A DNA stretch of 64,000 bases from NCBI GenBank assembly GCA_047602405.1, contig JASGHJ010000001.1:1952001-2016000 (forward strand), given 5' to 3'. The notes beneath the pieces were generated by a model that ran no database searches, was not told the origin of the DNA, and saw only the letters and a list, made by a program, of their open reading frames with translations. Both the position numbers and the translations under genes were made by a program. Source of the stretch: Anaeromyxobacteraceae bacterium (GTDB lineage Bacteria; Myxococcota; Myxococcia; Myxococcales; Anaeromyxobacteraceae). Shown one piece after another: positions 50,101 to 60,923 of this stretch (position 1 is its first letter; each line of letters opens with the position of its first letter).

Positions 50101-51522
50101 TCAGGGCGGCAGGAGCTGCGTCGACGAGACGAGGCGCTCGAGCGCGGCGCGCTCGCGGCGGCGCACCGGCCCGACCACCACGGCGACGAGGTTCCGGCGC
50201 CGGAAGGTCTCCCTCGCGATGCGCTGCAGGTCGGCGGGCGTGACGCGCTCCACGCGGCGGCAACGCTCCTCGAAGCCCTCGGGCGACGAGAGCACCTCGC
50301 CGGCGCCGTACCAGCCGGCGAGGTCCGAGGCGCTGTCGAGCGAGAACGCGAGCGTCATGCGGTGCCGGCGCTGCACGCGCAGGAGCTCCTCCTCGGGCAC
50401 CGGCTTCTCGCAGAGCTCGCCGAGCACGCGCAGCACCTCGGTCATGACGAGCGTGAGCTTCCGCGGCGCGCAGGCCCCGTCGATCACGTGCATGCCCGCG
50501 TCGACGAACGTGTCGATGCCGGCGTGCAGCGAGTAGGCGAGGCCGCGCCGCTCGACCACCTCGAACGGCAGCCGGGACGAGAGCCCGTCGTCGAGGATCC
50601 GCCGGATGCAGAGGTGCACCGGGTAGTCGGGGTGGCGCTCGGGCGGGCAGGGGAAGGAGATCGAGAACTCCGCCTGCGCGTCGTCGTGGTCGACGAGCTC
50701 GAGCCGCCCGCCGTCCGGCCAGGGCGGCGGCAAGACGTCGGCGGAGGCGCGGCCGCGCGGGATCGCGCCGAGCCACCGGTCGGCGAGCGCCTCGACCTCG
50801 TCGGGCCGCACCGGGCCGGCCACCGCGAGCACGAGGTTCGCGCCGCCGTAGAAGCGGGCGTGGTGCTCGCGCATGTCGCGGCGGGAGAGGCGCCGCACGT
50901 TGTCGCCGGTGCCGGCGATCTTGAAGCCGAGCGGGTGCGCGCCGAAGACGATGCGCTTCGAGAGGTTGTCGGGGTCGATGTCCCGCCCGTCGGCGTCGAC
51001 CTCGTCGAGGATCTCCTCGAGGATCACCTCGCGCTCCACGTCGAGCTCGCGCAGGAGGGGGCGGCGCACCAGGTCGCCGAGCACCTCGAGGCCGGTGCCG
51101 ATCTCGCCGGGGTGGATGGGCGTGAAGTAGCAGCCGTGGTCGCGGGCGGTGATGCCGTTGAGCGACCCGCCGGCGCTCTCGACCGCCGCGTTCATCGCGA
51201 CCGTGTCGGGCCAGCCCACCGAGCCGCGGAAGAACAGGTGCTCGAGGAAGTGCGAGACGCCGTTTCGCGCGGCGTCCTCGTGGCGCGAGCCGGCGCGCAC
51301 GTAGAGGGCGATCATCGCGGAGTGCAGCCCGCGCGCGGGCGAGGTGATCACGCGCAGGCCGTTCGGCAGCACCGCGCGCCGGACCTCGCCCCACCGCTCG
51401 GTGGGGCGCGAGCGGGCGGTGTCGCGGGCGGGCTTGCGGGGCTGCGGCTCCGCCCGGAAGCGGGTGAGGGCCTTGCGGGGCGAGGCGCGCTTGCGCCGGA
51501 TGGGGCTGCCGAGGAGCCTCAC
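50101..51522 (-). CDS. M16 (pitrilysin) family zinc peptidase; start uncertain
   Basis: LPNGL, HFLEH inverted zincin motif, RGLAY. Confidence 0.9.
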   Translation of the reverse strand: MRLLGSPIRRKRASPRKALTRFRAEPQPRKPARDTARSRPTERWGEVRRAVLPNGLRVITSPARGLHSAMIALYVRAGSRHEDAARNGVSHFLEHLFFRGSVGWPDTVAMNAAVESAGGSLNGITARDHGCYFTPIHPGEIGTGLEVLGDLVRRPLLRELDVEREVILEEILDEVDADGRDIDPDNLSKRIVFGAHPLGFKIAGTGDNVRRLSRRDMREHHARFYGGANLVLAVAGPVRPDEVEALADRWLGAIPRGRASADVLPPPWPDGGRLELVDHDDAQAEFSISFPCPPERHPDYPVHLCIRRILDDGLSSRLPFEVVERRGLAYSLHAGIDTFVDAGMHVIDGACAPRKLTLVMTEVLRVLGELCEKPVPEEELLRVQRRHRMTLAFSLDSASDLAGWYGAGEVLSSPEGFEERCRRVERVTPADLQRIARETFRRRNLVAVVVGPVRRRERAALERLVSSTQLLPP

Positions 51523-51524
51523 GC

Positions 51525-53143
51525 TCAGCCCCCGGCGTCCTGGGATGCGACGGCGCCGAGGCCGGGGGCCTTGCCCCCGACGTCCCGAGGTGCGTCGGCG
51601 CCGAGGTCGGGGGCCGCCCCCGGCAGGCGGATCGTGAAGGTCGTCCCGCGTCCGACCTCGCTGTCGCAGCGAATGGTCCCGCCGTGCTGCACCACCACCT
51701 CCCGCACGTACGCGAGGCCGAGCCCCGTGCCGCGCTCCTTGGTCGAGTAGAACGGCTCGAAGATGCGCGTCAGGTCACCCGCGGGGATGCCCCCGCCGGT
51801 ATCCGAAAGCCGGACCTCGACGCCCCCCGGCCCGTCTCCCGCCCGGCCGCCCGCCGGCTCCGGCCGGGCCACCGCCGTGACGGTGCCCCCGCCGGGCATC
51901 GCCTCGCGGCTGTTGCGCACGAGGTTCAGGAACACCGCGCGGAGCTGGCCCTCGTCGGCCCGCACGGGCGGCAGGCCCGGGGCGAGCTCGCGGCGGACCT
52001 CCACCTTCGCGGCCGAGAGCTCGGGCCCCAGGAAGTCGAGCAGGCCGCCGAGCACCTCCGCGACGTCGACGCGCGCCGCGGAGGCGCGCGGGGGGCGCGA
52101 GAAGCGCAGGTACTCCTCGGCGACCGCGTCGAGCCGGTCCACCTCGCGGGAGATGGCCGCCACGAGGCCGAGCGCCTCCTTCGGCGGCGCGGGCAGCTGC
52201 GCGAGCTCCTCGGCGAGGAGCTCGGCGTTGAGCCCCATCGCGTTCAAGGGGTTGCGGATCTCGTGGGTGATTCTGGGCGGAGATGCGCCCGACCGCCGCG
52301 AGGCGCTCGGCCCGGCGGAGGTCGTCGCGCTGGCGGGAGAGGGAGGCGGCCATGGCGTTGAACTCGCGCGCGAGGACGCCGAGCTCGTCGGCGCTTCGCG
52401 GCTCCTCCACGCTGCGCCCGAGATTGCCGGACGCCACCGCCTTCACCCCCTCGGTGAGCACCTGGATCGGGGCGAGCAGGCGCTGGGCCACGAGCGCCGC
52501 GCCCACGCCGATGGCGAGCGCGAGCAGGGAGTACAGGACGATGAGGACGACCGTGCGGCCTTCGGCCCGCTCGGCCGCCTGCACCCGGTCGCCGATCTGG
52601 CTCTCGAGCGAGGCCTGCAGGAGCTTCACGTCGAGGGTGAGCCCGCGCTCCATGCCCTTCAGCGTCGCGGCCCGCGCCTCGAGCGCCCCGGGCGCGAGGT
52701 CTCCCTGCTCGAGGGCGTCGAAGAGTCGCGTTCGCCTCGCGGTCGTACTCGGCCCAGCGGCGCGCGAGCGCGTCGAGCCGGTCGGAGACCTCCCCGAGGA
52801 ACCGGGCGTCCCCCTCGCGGGCGAACGCGCGGGCCGCCTCGGCGACCGCCCGCCCCTCGGCGAGCTGCTCCTTCACGAAGGCCGGGAAGTGCGCCCGGGC
52901 GACCGGCAGGTAGGCGCGCCGGGCGGCGGGGTCGAGCCCGCGCGCCTCCACCGCCCGGGCGGCCACCCAGTCCTTGACCTCCAGCTGGGCCGCGACGCGG
53001 GTGAGCGGGAGGTAGCCGGAGGAGAGCAGGCGCAGGTCGCGCCGGGCCTCGTGCAGGCGCGCGATCGCGAACGCCGCGACCGCCGCGAAGGCGACGAGCG
53101 CGACGGCGAAGGCGAGGAAGATCTTGGTGGCGACGCGGCGCAT
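51525..53143 (-). CDS. HAMP sensor histidine kinase; +1 frameshifts at ~52726 and ~52271
   Basis: Two TMs, HAMP, repaired H-box THEIRNPL, N/G1/F/G2 boxes. Confidence 0.88.
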
Positions 53144-53257
53144 GACCGGGATCACGGAACATACTCGACCGGGCTCCTGCGCGCTTCCCAGGACCCCTTC
53201 GGCTGGTGTACGAGATTCCCCTTTCCAGTCGCAGTTTTCCCCGGAGCCTCTACTTCC

Positions 53258-54073
53258 ATGACCGGCCTTCTCGCCTTCGTCGCCCTCGTCGCGGTCCTCG
53301 CCGCGATCGGCTTCTTCCTCGTCCTGCGCACCGCCCGCGCGGAGCTCACCGCCCTCTCCGGGAAGCAGGGCGCGATCGCCTCGGACGCGGAGGCCGCGAA
53401 GAAGGCCGCCGCGGAGGCGCGCGCGGAGGCGAAGGAGCAGCGGGAGCAGGCCCAGGCGCTCAAGGCCGACCTGGAGCGGGCGAAGCGGAAGGCGTTCGAG
53501 CAGGCCGAGGCCGCGAAGAAGGCCGGCGGCGCCGCCGCGCTGCGCGAGGAGCTCGACAAGGTCGCCGGCCGCCTCGCCGAGGCGCGCGCCGAGGCCGACC
53601 ACCAGGCCGCCCTCGTGAAGGCGGCCCAGAAGGACCTCGAGAAGGCGAACGCCGAGATCGCCGCGCTGAAGGCCCGCCCGGCCCCGGCGCCGATCGTCGT
53701 CACCGCGCCCGCCCCGACCGACGAGGCGGTCGCCGCCGCCGCGGCCGAGGCCGCCGCGAAGCTCGCCGCCGAGAAGGACCGCGCCGACAAGGCCGAGGCG
53801 AAGCTCACCGAGGCGAAGAAGAAGCTCGCCGACGCCGAGAAGGAGGCGAAGGCGGCCCGCGGCCGGCTCGAGACCGAGAAGCGGCTCTACGTGATGCAGA
53901 AGGGCGAGCTCGACCTCGCGGCCGACCGCTACGCCGAGCTCAAGCGCCGCAACGACCAGCTCCGCAAGGACCACGACGAGCTCATCGAGGCGGTCCGCCA
54001 GGCGGCGCGCGAGGAGCGCGCCCGGGAGAAGGCGGCCACGACGGCCCCGGCCGCCGACGCCGGGAAGGCGTAG
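53258..54073 (+). CDS. Membrane-anchored Ala/Lys/Glu-rich coiled-coil protein (TolA-like composition)
   Basis: N-terminal TM followed by a long coiled coil. Confidence 0.75.
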   Translation: MTGLLAFVALVAVLAAIGFFLVLRTARAELTALSGKQGAIASDAEAAKKAAAEARAEAKEQREQAQALKADLERAKRKAFEQAEAAKKAGGAAALREELDKVAGRLAEARAEADHQAALVKAAQKDLEKANAEIAALKARPAPAPIVVTAPAPTDEAVAAAAAEAAAKLAAEKDRADKAEAKLTEAKKKLADAEKEAKAARGRLETEKRLYVMQKGELDLAADRYAELKRRNDQLRKDHDELIEAVRQAAREERAREKAATTAPAADAGKA

Positions 54074-54074
54074 C

Positions 54075-54731
54075 TCAGGCCTGCGGGGACTCGCCGGTCG
54101 CCGCCGCCTCTGCGGCGGCGAGCAGCTTGTAGAGCGGCGCCAGATCGCGGAACACGCCGAGGAGGTCCCCGAGCGCGATGCTGCGGGCGTCCTCGCGCGG
54201 CCACGAGACGCCGACGTCGAAGCCGTCCCGGTCCGGCGCGAGCTCGTCGCCGAGCTCGATCCAGAACGCGGCCGAGTGCGCGGGCGCGAGCTCCGGCAGC
54301 TCCTCGAAGTTCCAGCCGTGGAACGCGCGCAGGCGGCGGAAGGGCTTCCCCTTGCGCGCGAGGTTCGCGGCCTCGCGCTCGAGCGCGGCGCGCATCGCGG
54401 CCCGCCGGGGCGAGTCGCCGCGCACGGCGACCCGGGCGTGGAGGTGATCCCGCGTCGCGACGATCCCGAGGTGCGGCACGCCGCGGATGCCCTTGGGCGT
54501 GTCGGAGAACGCGACCCGCACCTCCTCGGGGGCGACGCCCTTGCGGCGCGGCGGCTTCACGGGGTGCAGGAGCAGCGGGCGGCCGACGACCCGCCCCAGC
54601 CCGGAGAGGCAACCCTCCCCGAGCGTCACGAGCCTGGGCATGAGCTGCCCCTCGAGCGCGATGGTGCGCTCGTCCGGGTCGGTGATCCCGAACAGCCCGA
54701 AGTCGGACGGCGTGAGGCCGAGCCCTGCCAT
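54075..54731 (-). CDS. Hypothetical protein (DUF1054/YktB-like)
   Basis: MAGLGLTPSDFGLF...VAFSD...PHL...DLAPLYK resembles YktB. Confidence 0.6.
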   Translation of the reverse strand: MAGLGLTPSDFGLFGITDPDERTIALEGQLMPRLVTLGEGCLSGLGRVVGRPLLLHPVKPPRRKGVAPEEVRVAFSDTPKGIRGVPHLGIVATRDHLHARVAVRGDSPRRAAMRAALEREAANLARKGKPFRRLRAFHGWNFEELPELAPAHSAAFWIELGDELAPDRDGFDVGVSWPREDARSIALGDLLGVFRDLAPLYKLLAAAEAAATGESPQA

Positions 54732-54839
54732 CGCCTGTAGCTCCTGCGCCCGGTGGGGTGGCCATCGTAGCACGGGTCCCGCGCGGCTCGGGTACGGGCC
54801 CGGTTGACGGCCCGGGCGGTGTCTGACAGGTTCCGCCCC

Positions 54840-55850
54840 GTGCAGAAGGATCAGCGCCTGCTCGACCTCGCGGCGCTCCTGCTCAAGGCCGCCGAACCGG
54901 TTTCCTGGAGGGAGATCCAGGAGCAGTTCCCGGAGGACTACGCCGGGACGGGCGAGGCCGCGATCAGGAAGTTCGAACGCGACAAGGCCGATCTCCTGGA
55001 GCTGGGGATCCCGGTCCGGTACGCCGCGGGCGACGAGGACCTGCCGGCCGGGTACGTCATCGACAAGGACGAGTTCTACCTGCCGGACCTGAAACTCCCT
55101 CCGGAGGATCTCGCGCTCCTGTACCTCGCCGGGTCGGCCGCGCTCGCGCGCGGGAGCTTCCCGTACGCCCGCGACCTCGCGCACGCGCTCAACAAGCTCT
55201 CGTTCGCGGCCCGCGCCCCGGGCGCCTCCGAGGCCGCCGCCCTCGGCGCGCGCCTCTCCGCGGAGGAGGACCAGGACGGCGCGGCGGTGATGGCGGTGCG
55301 GGTGGAGGAGCTCTCCCGGGCCATCGCGCACAAGAAGCGGGTCCACCTCGTCTACGAGGGCGCCGAGCGCCGGCAGCCCACCGAGCGCGACGTGGATCCC
55401 TACGGCCTCTACCAGCAGGGCGGCGCCTGGCTGCTCGTCGGCCACTGCCACCTGCGCGACGCCCTGCGCACGTTCCACCTCTCCCGCATGCAGTCGCTCG
55501 TGGTGAACCCGGCCGCGCCGCGCACGCCCGACTTCGCGCCGCCGGCCCGCTTCTCGCTCGCCGAGCACGCGCAGCAGGATCCCTGGGAGTACCGGAAGCA
55601 CGCCCCCGTGAAGGCGAAGGTCGGCCTCGACCCGACGGTGGGCGCCGAGGTGCTCGCCTCGTTCGGCGAGCGGGCGCGCACGAAGGAGGACCCGAAGCAC
55701 GGCATCGTCGTGGAGCTCGAGGTGACGAACCTCGACGGGCTCCTGCGCCACGTGCTCGCGCTCGGGGACCAGGCCGAGGCGCTCGCGCCGAAGGAGCTGC
55801 GCGACCGGGCCCGGGCCGCCCTCGCCGGCCTCGCGCAGAGGAGCGCGTGA
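54840..55850 (+). CDS. HTH-WYL-WCX transcriptional regulator, PafB-like
   Basis: RKFERDKADL, RDVDPYGL, WLLVG, RTFHLSRM; TTGACG 36 nt upstream of the GTG. Confidence 0.9.
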   Translation: MQKDQRLLDLAALLLKAAEPVSWREIQEQFPEDYAGTGEAAIRKFERDKADLLELGIPVRYAAGDEDLPAGYVIDKDEFYLPDLKLPPEDLALLYLAGSAALARGSFPYARDLAHALNKLSFAARAPGASEAAALGARLSAEEDQDGAAVMAVRVEELSRAIAHKKRVHLVYEGAERRQPTERDVDPYGLYQQGGAWLLVGHCHLRDALRTFHLSRMQSLVVNPAAPRTPDFAPPARFSLAEHAQQDPWEYRKHAPVKAKVGLDPTVGAEVLASFGERARTKEDPKHGIVVELEVTNLDGLLRHVLALGDQAEALAPKELRDRARAALAGLAQRSA

Positions 55851-56896
55851 CCGCGGCCCGGAAGAAGAGGCCGGCCGCGGCCAGGAAGCCCGTCGCCGCG
55901 CCCCGCGCGGCACCGGCGGCCGCGCCCACGCCGCGCCAGGCCCCGAAGACCACGCCCGCCCGCGATCCGCGCGACCGGCTGCGGCGCGTGCTGTTCCTCG
56001 TGCCCTACGCGGTCCGCCACCCGGGCATCCCGGTGCGCGACCTCGCCCGGCGCTGCAACTGCTCCGAGAAGGAGCTGCTCGAGGACCTCGACTTCCTGCT
56101 CGGCGTCGGCTCGCCGCCCTTCGCGCCGGACGACTTCCTCGACCTCTACGTCGAGGGCGACAAGGTGTACGTCGCCCTCCACCAGAGCTTCTCCCGGCCG
56201 CCCCGGTTCACCGAGAGCGAGGCCGCCGCGCTCGCCGCCGCGGCCCGCGCCCTCGGCGGCGACGGCTCGGGGCGGGCGCTGAAGGCGCTCCGGGACGCGG
56301 TGCCGCGCGACCGCCGCGCGAGCTTCGACGAGCTCGTGGACCGCATCTACGCCGGCGCGCCGCCGGCCCGCGACTCGGTGCTCGGCAAGCTCCACCGCGC
56401 CATCGCCGACCGCCGGGCCGTCGAGCTCGTGCACCGGGCCGCCTCCGGCGCCGAGACCGCGCGCGCGGTGCGCCCCTGGACGCTCGCCCAGCGGCTCGGC
56501 CACTGGTACCTCTACGGCGAGGACGTCGCGCAGGGCCGCGCGAAGGCGTTCCGGCTCGACCGCATCCGCGAGGTCACGGTGGGCGACGAGCGCTTCCAGG
56601 CGCCGACCGAGGCCGAGATGGCGAAGGCCCGACTCTTCTCGGATCCCCAGGGCGAGCCGGTGCGCGTCCGGGTGGGCGAGGACGTGGTCGCGTGGGCCGA
56701 GTCGCGGCCGGGCATCCGGCTCGTGCGGCGCGAGAAGGGCGAGGGCGCGGGGGCGGTCGTCGAGATCCCCGGCGCGTCGCCGGAGTGGGCCACCCGGTTC
56801 GCGCTCTCGCTCGGCGGCGACGCCGAGGTGATCGGCCCGCCCCAGGCGCGCCGGCACTTCGAGGATGTCGTGAAGAGGGCGCTGGGACGGTATTGA
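55847..56896 (+). CDS. HTH-WYL-WCX transcriptional regulator, PafC-like
   Basis: RLRRVLFLVPY, WYLYG, FRLDRI; GTGA overlap with the upstream gene. Confidence 0.9.
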   Translation: MTAARKKRPAAARKPVAAPRAAPAAAPTPRQAPKTTPARDPRDRLRRVLFLVPYAVRHPGIPVRDLARRCNCSEKELLEDLDFLLGVGSPPFAPDDFLDLYVEGDKVYVALHQSFSRPPRFTESEAAALAAAARALGGDGSGRALKALRDAVPRDRRASFDELVDRIYAGAPPARDSVLGKLHRAIADRRAVELVHRAASGAETARAVRPWTLAQRLGHWYLYGEDVAQGRAKAFRLDRIREVTVGDERFQAPTEAEMAKARLFSDPQGEPVRVRVGEDVVAWAESRPGIRLVRREKGEGAGAVVEIPGASPEWATRFALSLGGDAEVIGPPQARRHFEDVVKRALGRY

Positions 56897-57057
56897 AGCC
56901 GACCCTCCGGGGCAGGGTCCGGCCGCTGCCCCGCTCCTCACACGATCGAGGGGTGAGCCACCCAGGGGGTTCCCGATGTCCCGGGGCCGCGGGGCGGAAT
57001 CACTCGCTTTTTTCTCGGCACGGCGCGCGCAATCGATCGGGACCGGAGGAATCGTCC

Positions 57058-57423
57058 TTGGCGCGCGTGCTCATCTGCGACGACACCGAGATCGTGAGGA
57101 AGGCGCTCGAGCTCGCCGTCCGCCGGATGGGCCACGCCGCGGTCTCCACGGCCGACCCCGTCGAGGCGCTCGCGATGGCCGAGCGGGATCCGCCCGACCT
57201 CGCGGTGCTCGACTACCGCATGCCCGGCATGGACGGCGGCGAGCTCTTCCAGGCGATGGCGAGCGCGCTCGGCAGGCGGTGCCCGCGCGTGGTGATGGTG
57301 TCCGCCTCGCCGGTCGAGGACGTGAAGCGCGAGCTCGCGGCGTTCGGCGTGAGCGCTGCCCACGTGAAGAAGCCCTTCCACCTCGACGAGCTGCAGAAGG
57401 TGCTCCGCGAGCAGCTCGCGTAG
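57058..57423 (+). CDS. Single-domain response regulator
   Basis: ICDD...VLDYRMPGMDG...KKPF; GGAGG RBS. Confidence 0.88.
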   Translation: MARVLICDDTEIVRKALELAVRRMGHAAVSTADPVEALAMAERDPPDLAVLDYRMPGMDGGELFQAMASALGRRCPRVVMVSASPVEDVKRELAAFGVSAAHVKKPFHLDELQKVLREQLA

Positions 57424-57563
57424 CGCCTGGTCGCGGCGCTCCGGCCGCGGATTCGACCCGCCGGCTGCGACGATCCGTCCGCCCGCTCCGGGGGGCGTCA
57501 ACGCTGGTTTCGAGGTCGGTCTTCTGCGAGTCTCCCCCCCGACAAGACGATCAGGGGGCAGCG

Positions 57564-58776
57564 ATGTCCAAGACGGACGTGGTGGTGGTCGGGGCGGGGG
57601 TGAGCGGGCTCGCGTTCGCGTGGAAGGCGGCGCAGGCCGGGCGCAAGGTCACCGTGCTCGAGCGCGAGCCGCGCATCGGCGGGTGCTTCCACTCCCACCG
57701 GAAGCCGGACGGCTTCTGGTTCGAGATGGGCGCCCACACCACCTACAACTCGTACGGCGGCTTCCTCGACATCGCGGTGGGCACCGGCGTCACGCCGCGG
57801 ATCCAGGAGCGCGGCCCGGCGCGCGCGGTGTTCGGCCTGCTGCGCAACGGCGAGTACCACTGGCTGACGCCGCCGAAGATCCTCCTGCAGCTCAACTGGC
57901 TCGAGGCCGCGGTCCATTTCCCGTTCAACTTCCTCCGGAAGAAGGACGGCGAGACCATCTACTCGTACTACTCGAAGCTGCTCGGCCGCCGGAACTACGA
58001 CCGCATCTTCTCGCCCTTCTTCGCGGCGGTGCCCTCGCAGAAGGCCGACGGTTTCCCGGTCGACGGGCCGGGCTCGCTCTTCAAGAAGCGCCCGCGCCGC
58101 AAGGAGTTCATCCGGAGCTTCGGCTTCGACGGCGGCATCCAGGTCGTCCTCGACGGGGCCGCCACGGCGCCCGGCGTGACGGTCGAGAAGGGCGTCGTCG
58201 CGACGTCGGTGCGGCGCGACGGGCGAGGCTTCAAGAATCACGGCCGCCGACGGCCGCACCTTCGAGGCGGACGTCGCCGCGATCGCCGCGACGGTGGACC
58301 AGGTGCCGGGGCTCGTGCAGGACGACTTCCACGAGCTCGCGAGCGTGGTCTCGCGCGTGAGCAGCGTGGTCGTGGAGAGCGTCGGCGTCGTCCTGCCGCG
58401 CGAGAAGTGCTGGATGCCGGAGTGCGCGTTCGTGATCCCGGTGGACGACGTCTTCCACTCGGCCGTCACCCGCGACCCGTTCCCGGATCCGGCCCGCCGG
58501 GCGTTCGCCTTCCACTTCAAGCCGGGCGTCTCGCGTCCCGACAAGCTCGCGCGGATGAGCGACGTGCTGAAGGTCCCCCAGGGCGAGCTCGGCGAGCTCG
58601 TCGAGCAGCGGCTCGTGCTGCCGTCGCCGGCGCTCGGTCACGATCGGATCGTCGCCGACGTGGACCGGGTGGTCGCGGGTGGTCGCCTCGCCGTCACCGG
58701 CAACTACTTCGACGGGCTCGCCATCGAGGACTGCGTGCAGCGCTCGTTCTCCGAGTGGGCGCGGGTTTCCGGGTAG
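57564..58776 (+). CDS. FAD-dependent oxidoreductase, protoporphyrinogen oxidase (HemY)-like; +1 frameshift at ~58237
   Basis: VVGAGVSGL, RIGG, EMGAH, GNYFDGLAIEDCV. Confidence 0.8.
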
Positions 58777-58948
58777 GGCTCCGCGTTCCCACCCGCGGTG
58801 AGGGCGTGCGGCGGAGGGCGGCGATGTGCGCCGCCTCCGCACGTCACCTCAGCCTCGAAGGCGGCTATTCGAATTCCCGGCGCCGTGGGACCTTGTGCCC
58901 GTCCCTGGCGCCCACGACATTGGCGCGGGGGACTCTGGAGACCACGCC

Positions 58949-59696
58949 GTGATCGATCGCCACTCGAAGACCTCGCTCTTGCTCGCCGCGCTCTCGCTCG
59001 TCGCGCTGGGCGGCTGCAACCTCATGACCGCGCCCGCGTACAAGGAGCCCGCCGCGCAGAACGTCGAGGTCGCCGTCACGCCCGACGCGGCCACCGTCAA
59101 CGTGAACGAGACCGTGCCGTTCACGGCGACGGTCACCGGCGCCGCCGACACGACCGTCACCTGGTCGGCCACCTGCGGCTCCGTCACCGCCACCGGCGCG
59201 TTCACCGCGCCGGGCACCGCGGGCTCCTGCGTCGTCACCGCGAAGTCGAACGCCCAGCCCACCGCGACGGGCTCGGCGGTCGTCACCGTGTCCGCCACGC
59301 CGGTCCCGGTCGCCATCACGATCGACAAGCCGACCGCCTCGGCGGTCGCGTGCAAGACGGTCCAGTTCACCGCGACCGTCACCGGCGCCACCAACAAGGC
59401 CGTCACCTGGTCGGTGCAGGAGGGCGCGACGGGCGGCACGGTGAGCGCCGCCGGCCTCTACACCGCGCCGGACGGCGCCGGCACCTACCACGTGATCGCG
59501 ACGGCGGCGGCCGACACCACGAAGAAGGTGACCGCGACCGTCACCGTGACGACCCAGAATCGTGTCGGTGGCGGTGAGCCCGGCCACCGTCGAGGTCGCG
59601 CCCGGCGGGACGACCCAGCTCACCGCGACCGTCACGACGAGCTGCGGGACGTTCACCGCGTTCCGCACGCTGCACGGCGACGGCACCGTGGACTGA
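58949..59696 (+). CDS. Lipoprotein with three Ig-like (Big-2) repeats; +1 frameshift at ~59559
   Basis: LGGC lipobox; repeated FTATVTG...VTWS...G.(F/Y)TAP. Confidence 0.82.
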
Positions 59697-59775
59697 AGTA
59701 CCGGGGGCGCTCGTCCCTCGACTCCGGCCCGCTTCGCGGGCCTACGCTCGGGATGAGCGGTCCCTTCCGTGGAGC

Positions 59776-60309
59776 TCAGCGGTGGTCGAGCGGGTGGCGC
59801 CACACGCTCGGGTGCAGCACGCACTCGACCTCGGCGCCGTCCGGCGCGTAGCCGGTCCGGCCGGCGAGCACCTCGGCGACGAACTCGAAGCCCATCCAGC
59901 GCGGGTCGCGGTGATCGGGGTCCCCGAGCACCGCGTGCCCGACCTCGTGCACCAGCACCGTCTGCTCGACGCAGTCGAAGGTGCCGGCGCCCGGGTCCCC
60001 CGTGACGACGCGGATCTCGTCGCGGGTGGTGCAGCCGAGGGCCCACCGGTCGCCGCAGCGGACCTCGCGCTCGTCGGTGAGCGTGACGGTCATGCCGTCG
60101 AGCGTGTCCCAGTCCCCGCCCCAGTAGCCGAGCGCGACCGCGAGCGTGGAGGAGACCCGGTCGCGAAGGTCCTGGCGGCCGGCGAACGGGGCCCCGGAGT
60201 CGACGACGACGCTGGCGCCGTGCACCTCGAACGCCGGCGCGGGCCGGTAGGGCGCCCCGCAGGCGGTCGCCAGGGCGACGAGCGAGAGCATGGAGAGGAT
60301 CCGCGACAC
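59776..60309 (-). CDS. Lipoprotein, putative zincin metallopeptidase
   Basis: ATAC lipobox; HEVGH...H. Confidence 0.7.
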   Translation of the reverse strand: MSRILSMLSLVALATACGAPYRPAPAFEVHGASVVVDSGAPFAGRQDLRDRVSSTLAVALGYWGGDWDTLDGMTVTLTDEREVRCGDRWALGCTTRDEIRVVTGDPGAGTFDCVEQTVLVHEVGHAVLGDPDHRDPRWMGFEFVAEVLAGRTGYAPDGAEVECVLHPSVWRHPLDHR

Positions 60310-60434
60310 CGGCTGCTCCGAACGGCTGAGGTGACCTCACGATAGGAGGTCCCCGGGACGTAGGGGAAGCACGGTGGGTGTGTGACGGGTGAACGCGGGA
60401 ACCCTGGCGGGTCCGGAGTTCCGGTTCTTCCGGT

Positions 60435-60923
60435 TCAGGGGGCCGGCGTGGCCCCGAGCCGTGCTCCGAGTCGAGCCGCGAGCGTCCGCGGGCGCAGGGC
60501 ACCCTCCGGCGCCACGAACACGGTGTCGTCGCCGGCGATCGTGCCGAGCACGCCCGCGAGGCCGGCGAGGTCGATCGCGCGGGCCACCGCGGGCGCGGCG
60601 CCGGGGCGCGTGCGCACCACGACCAGCGAGGCGTTCGCCTGCACGGTCGTCACCATGCCGCTCACGGCGGCGAGCGAATCGTCCGGCGCGGCGGGCGCGG
60701 CCTCGAGGCCCGCGTCGGGCTCGGCGCCGAGCTCGTAGATCGTCCCGCCCTGCGGGAGCGACACCCGGCGCGCGCCGAGCCGGGCGAGGTCGCGCGAGAG
60801 CGTCGCCTGCGTCGCGTCGAAGCCCGCGTCGCGGAGCGCCTCGAGGAGCTCCTCCTGCGTGCCGATCCGGCGCGGCGAGCGCAGGATGCGCGCCACCGCC
60901 TCGCGTCGCGCGATCGAGTTCAC
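60435..60923 (-). CDS. argR: Arginine repressor
   Basis: TQEEL, TQATLSRDL, GTIAGDDT. Confidence 0.95.
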   Translation of the reverse strand: MNSIARREAVARILRSPRRIGTQEELLEALRDAGFDATQATLSRDLARLGARRVSLPQGGTIYELGAEPDAGLEAAPAAPDDSLAAVSGMVTTVQANASLVVVRTRPGAAPAVARAIDLAGLAGVLGTIAGDDTVFVAPEGALRPRTLAARLGARLGATPAP

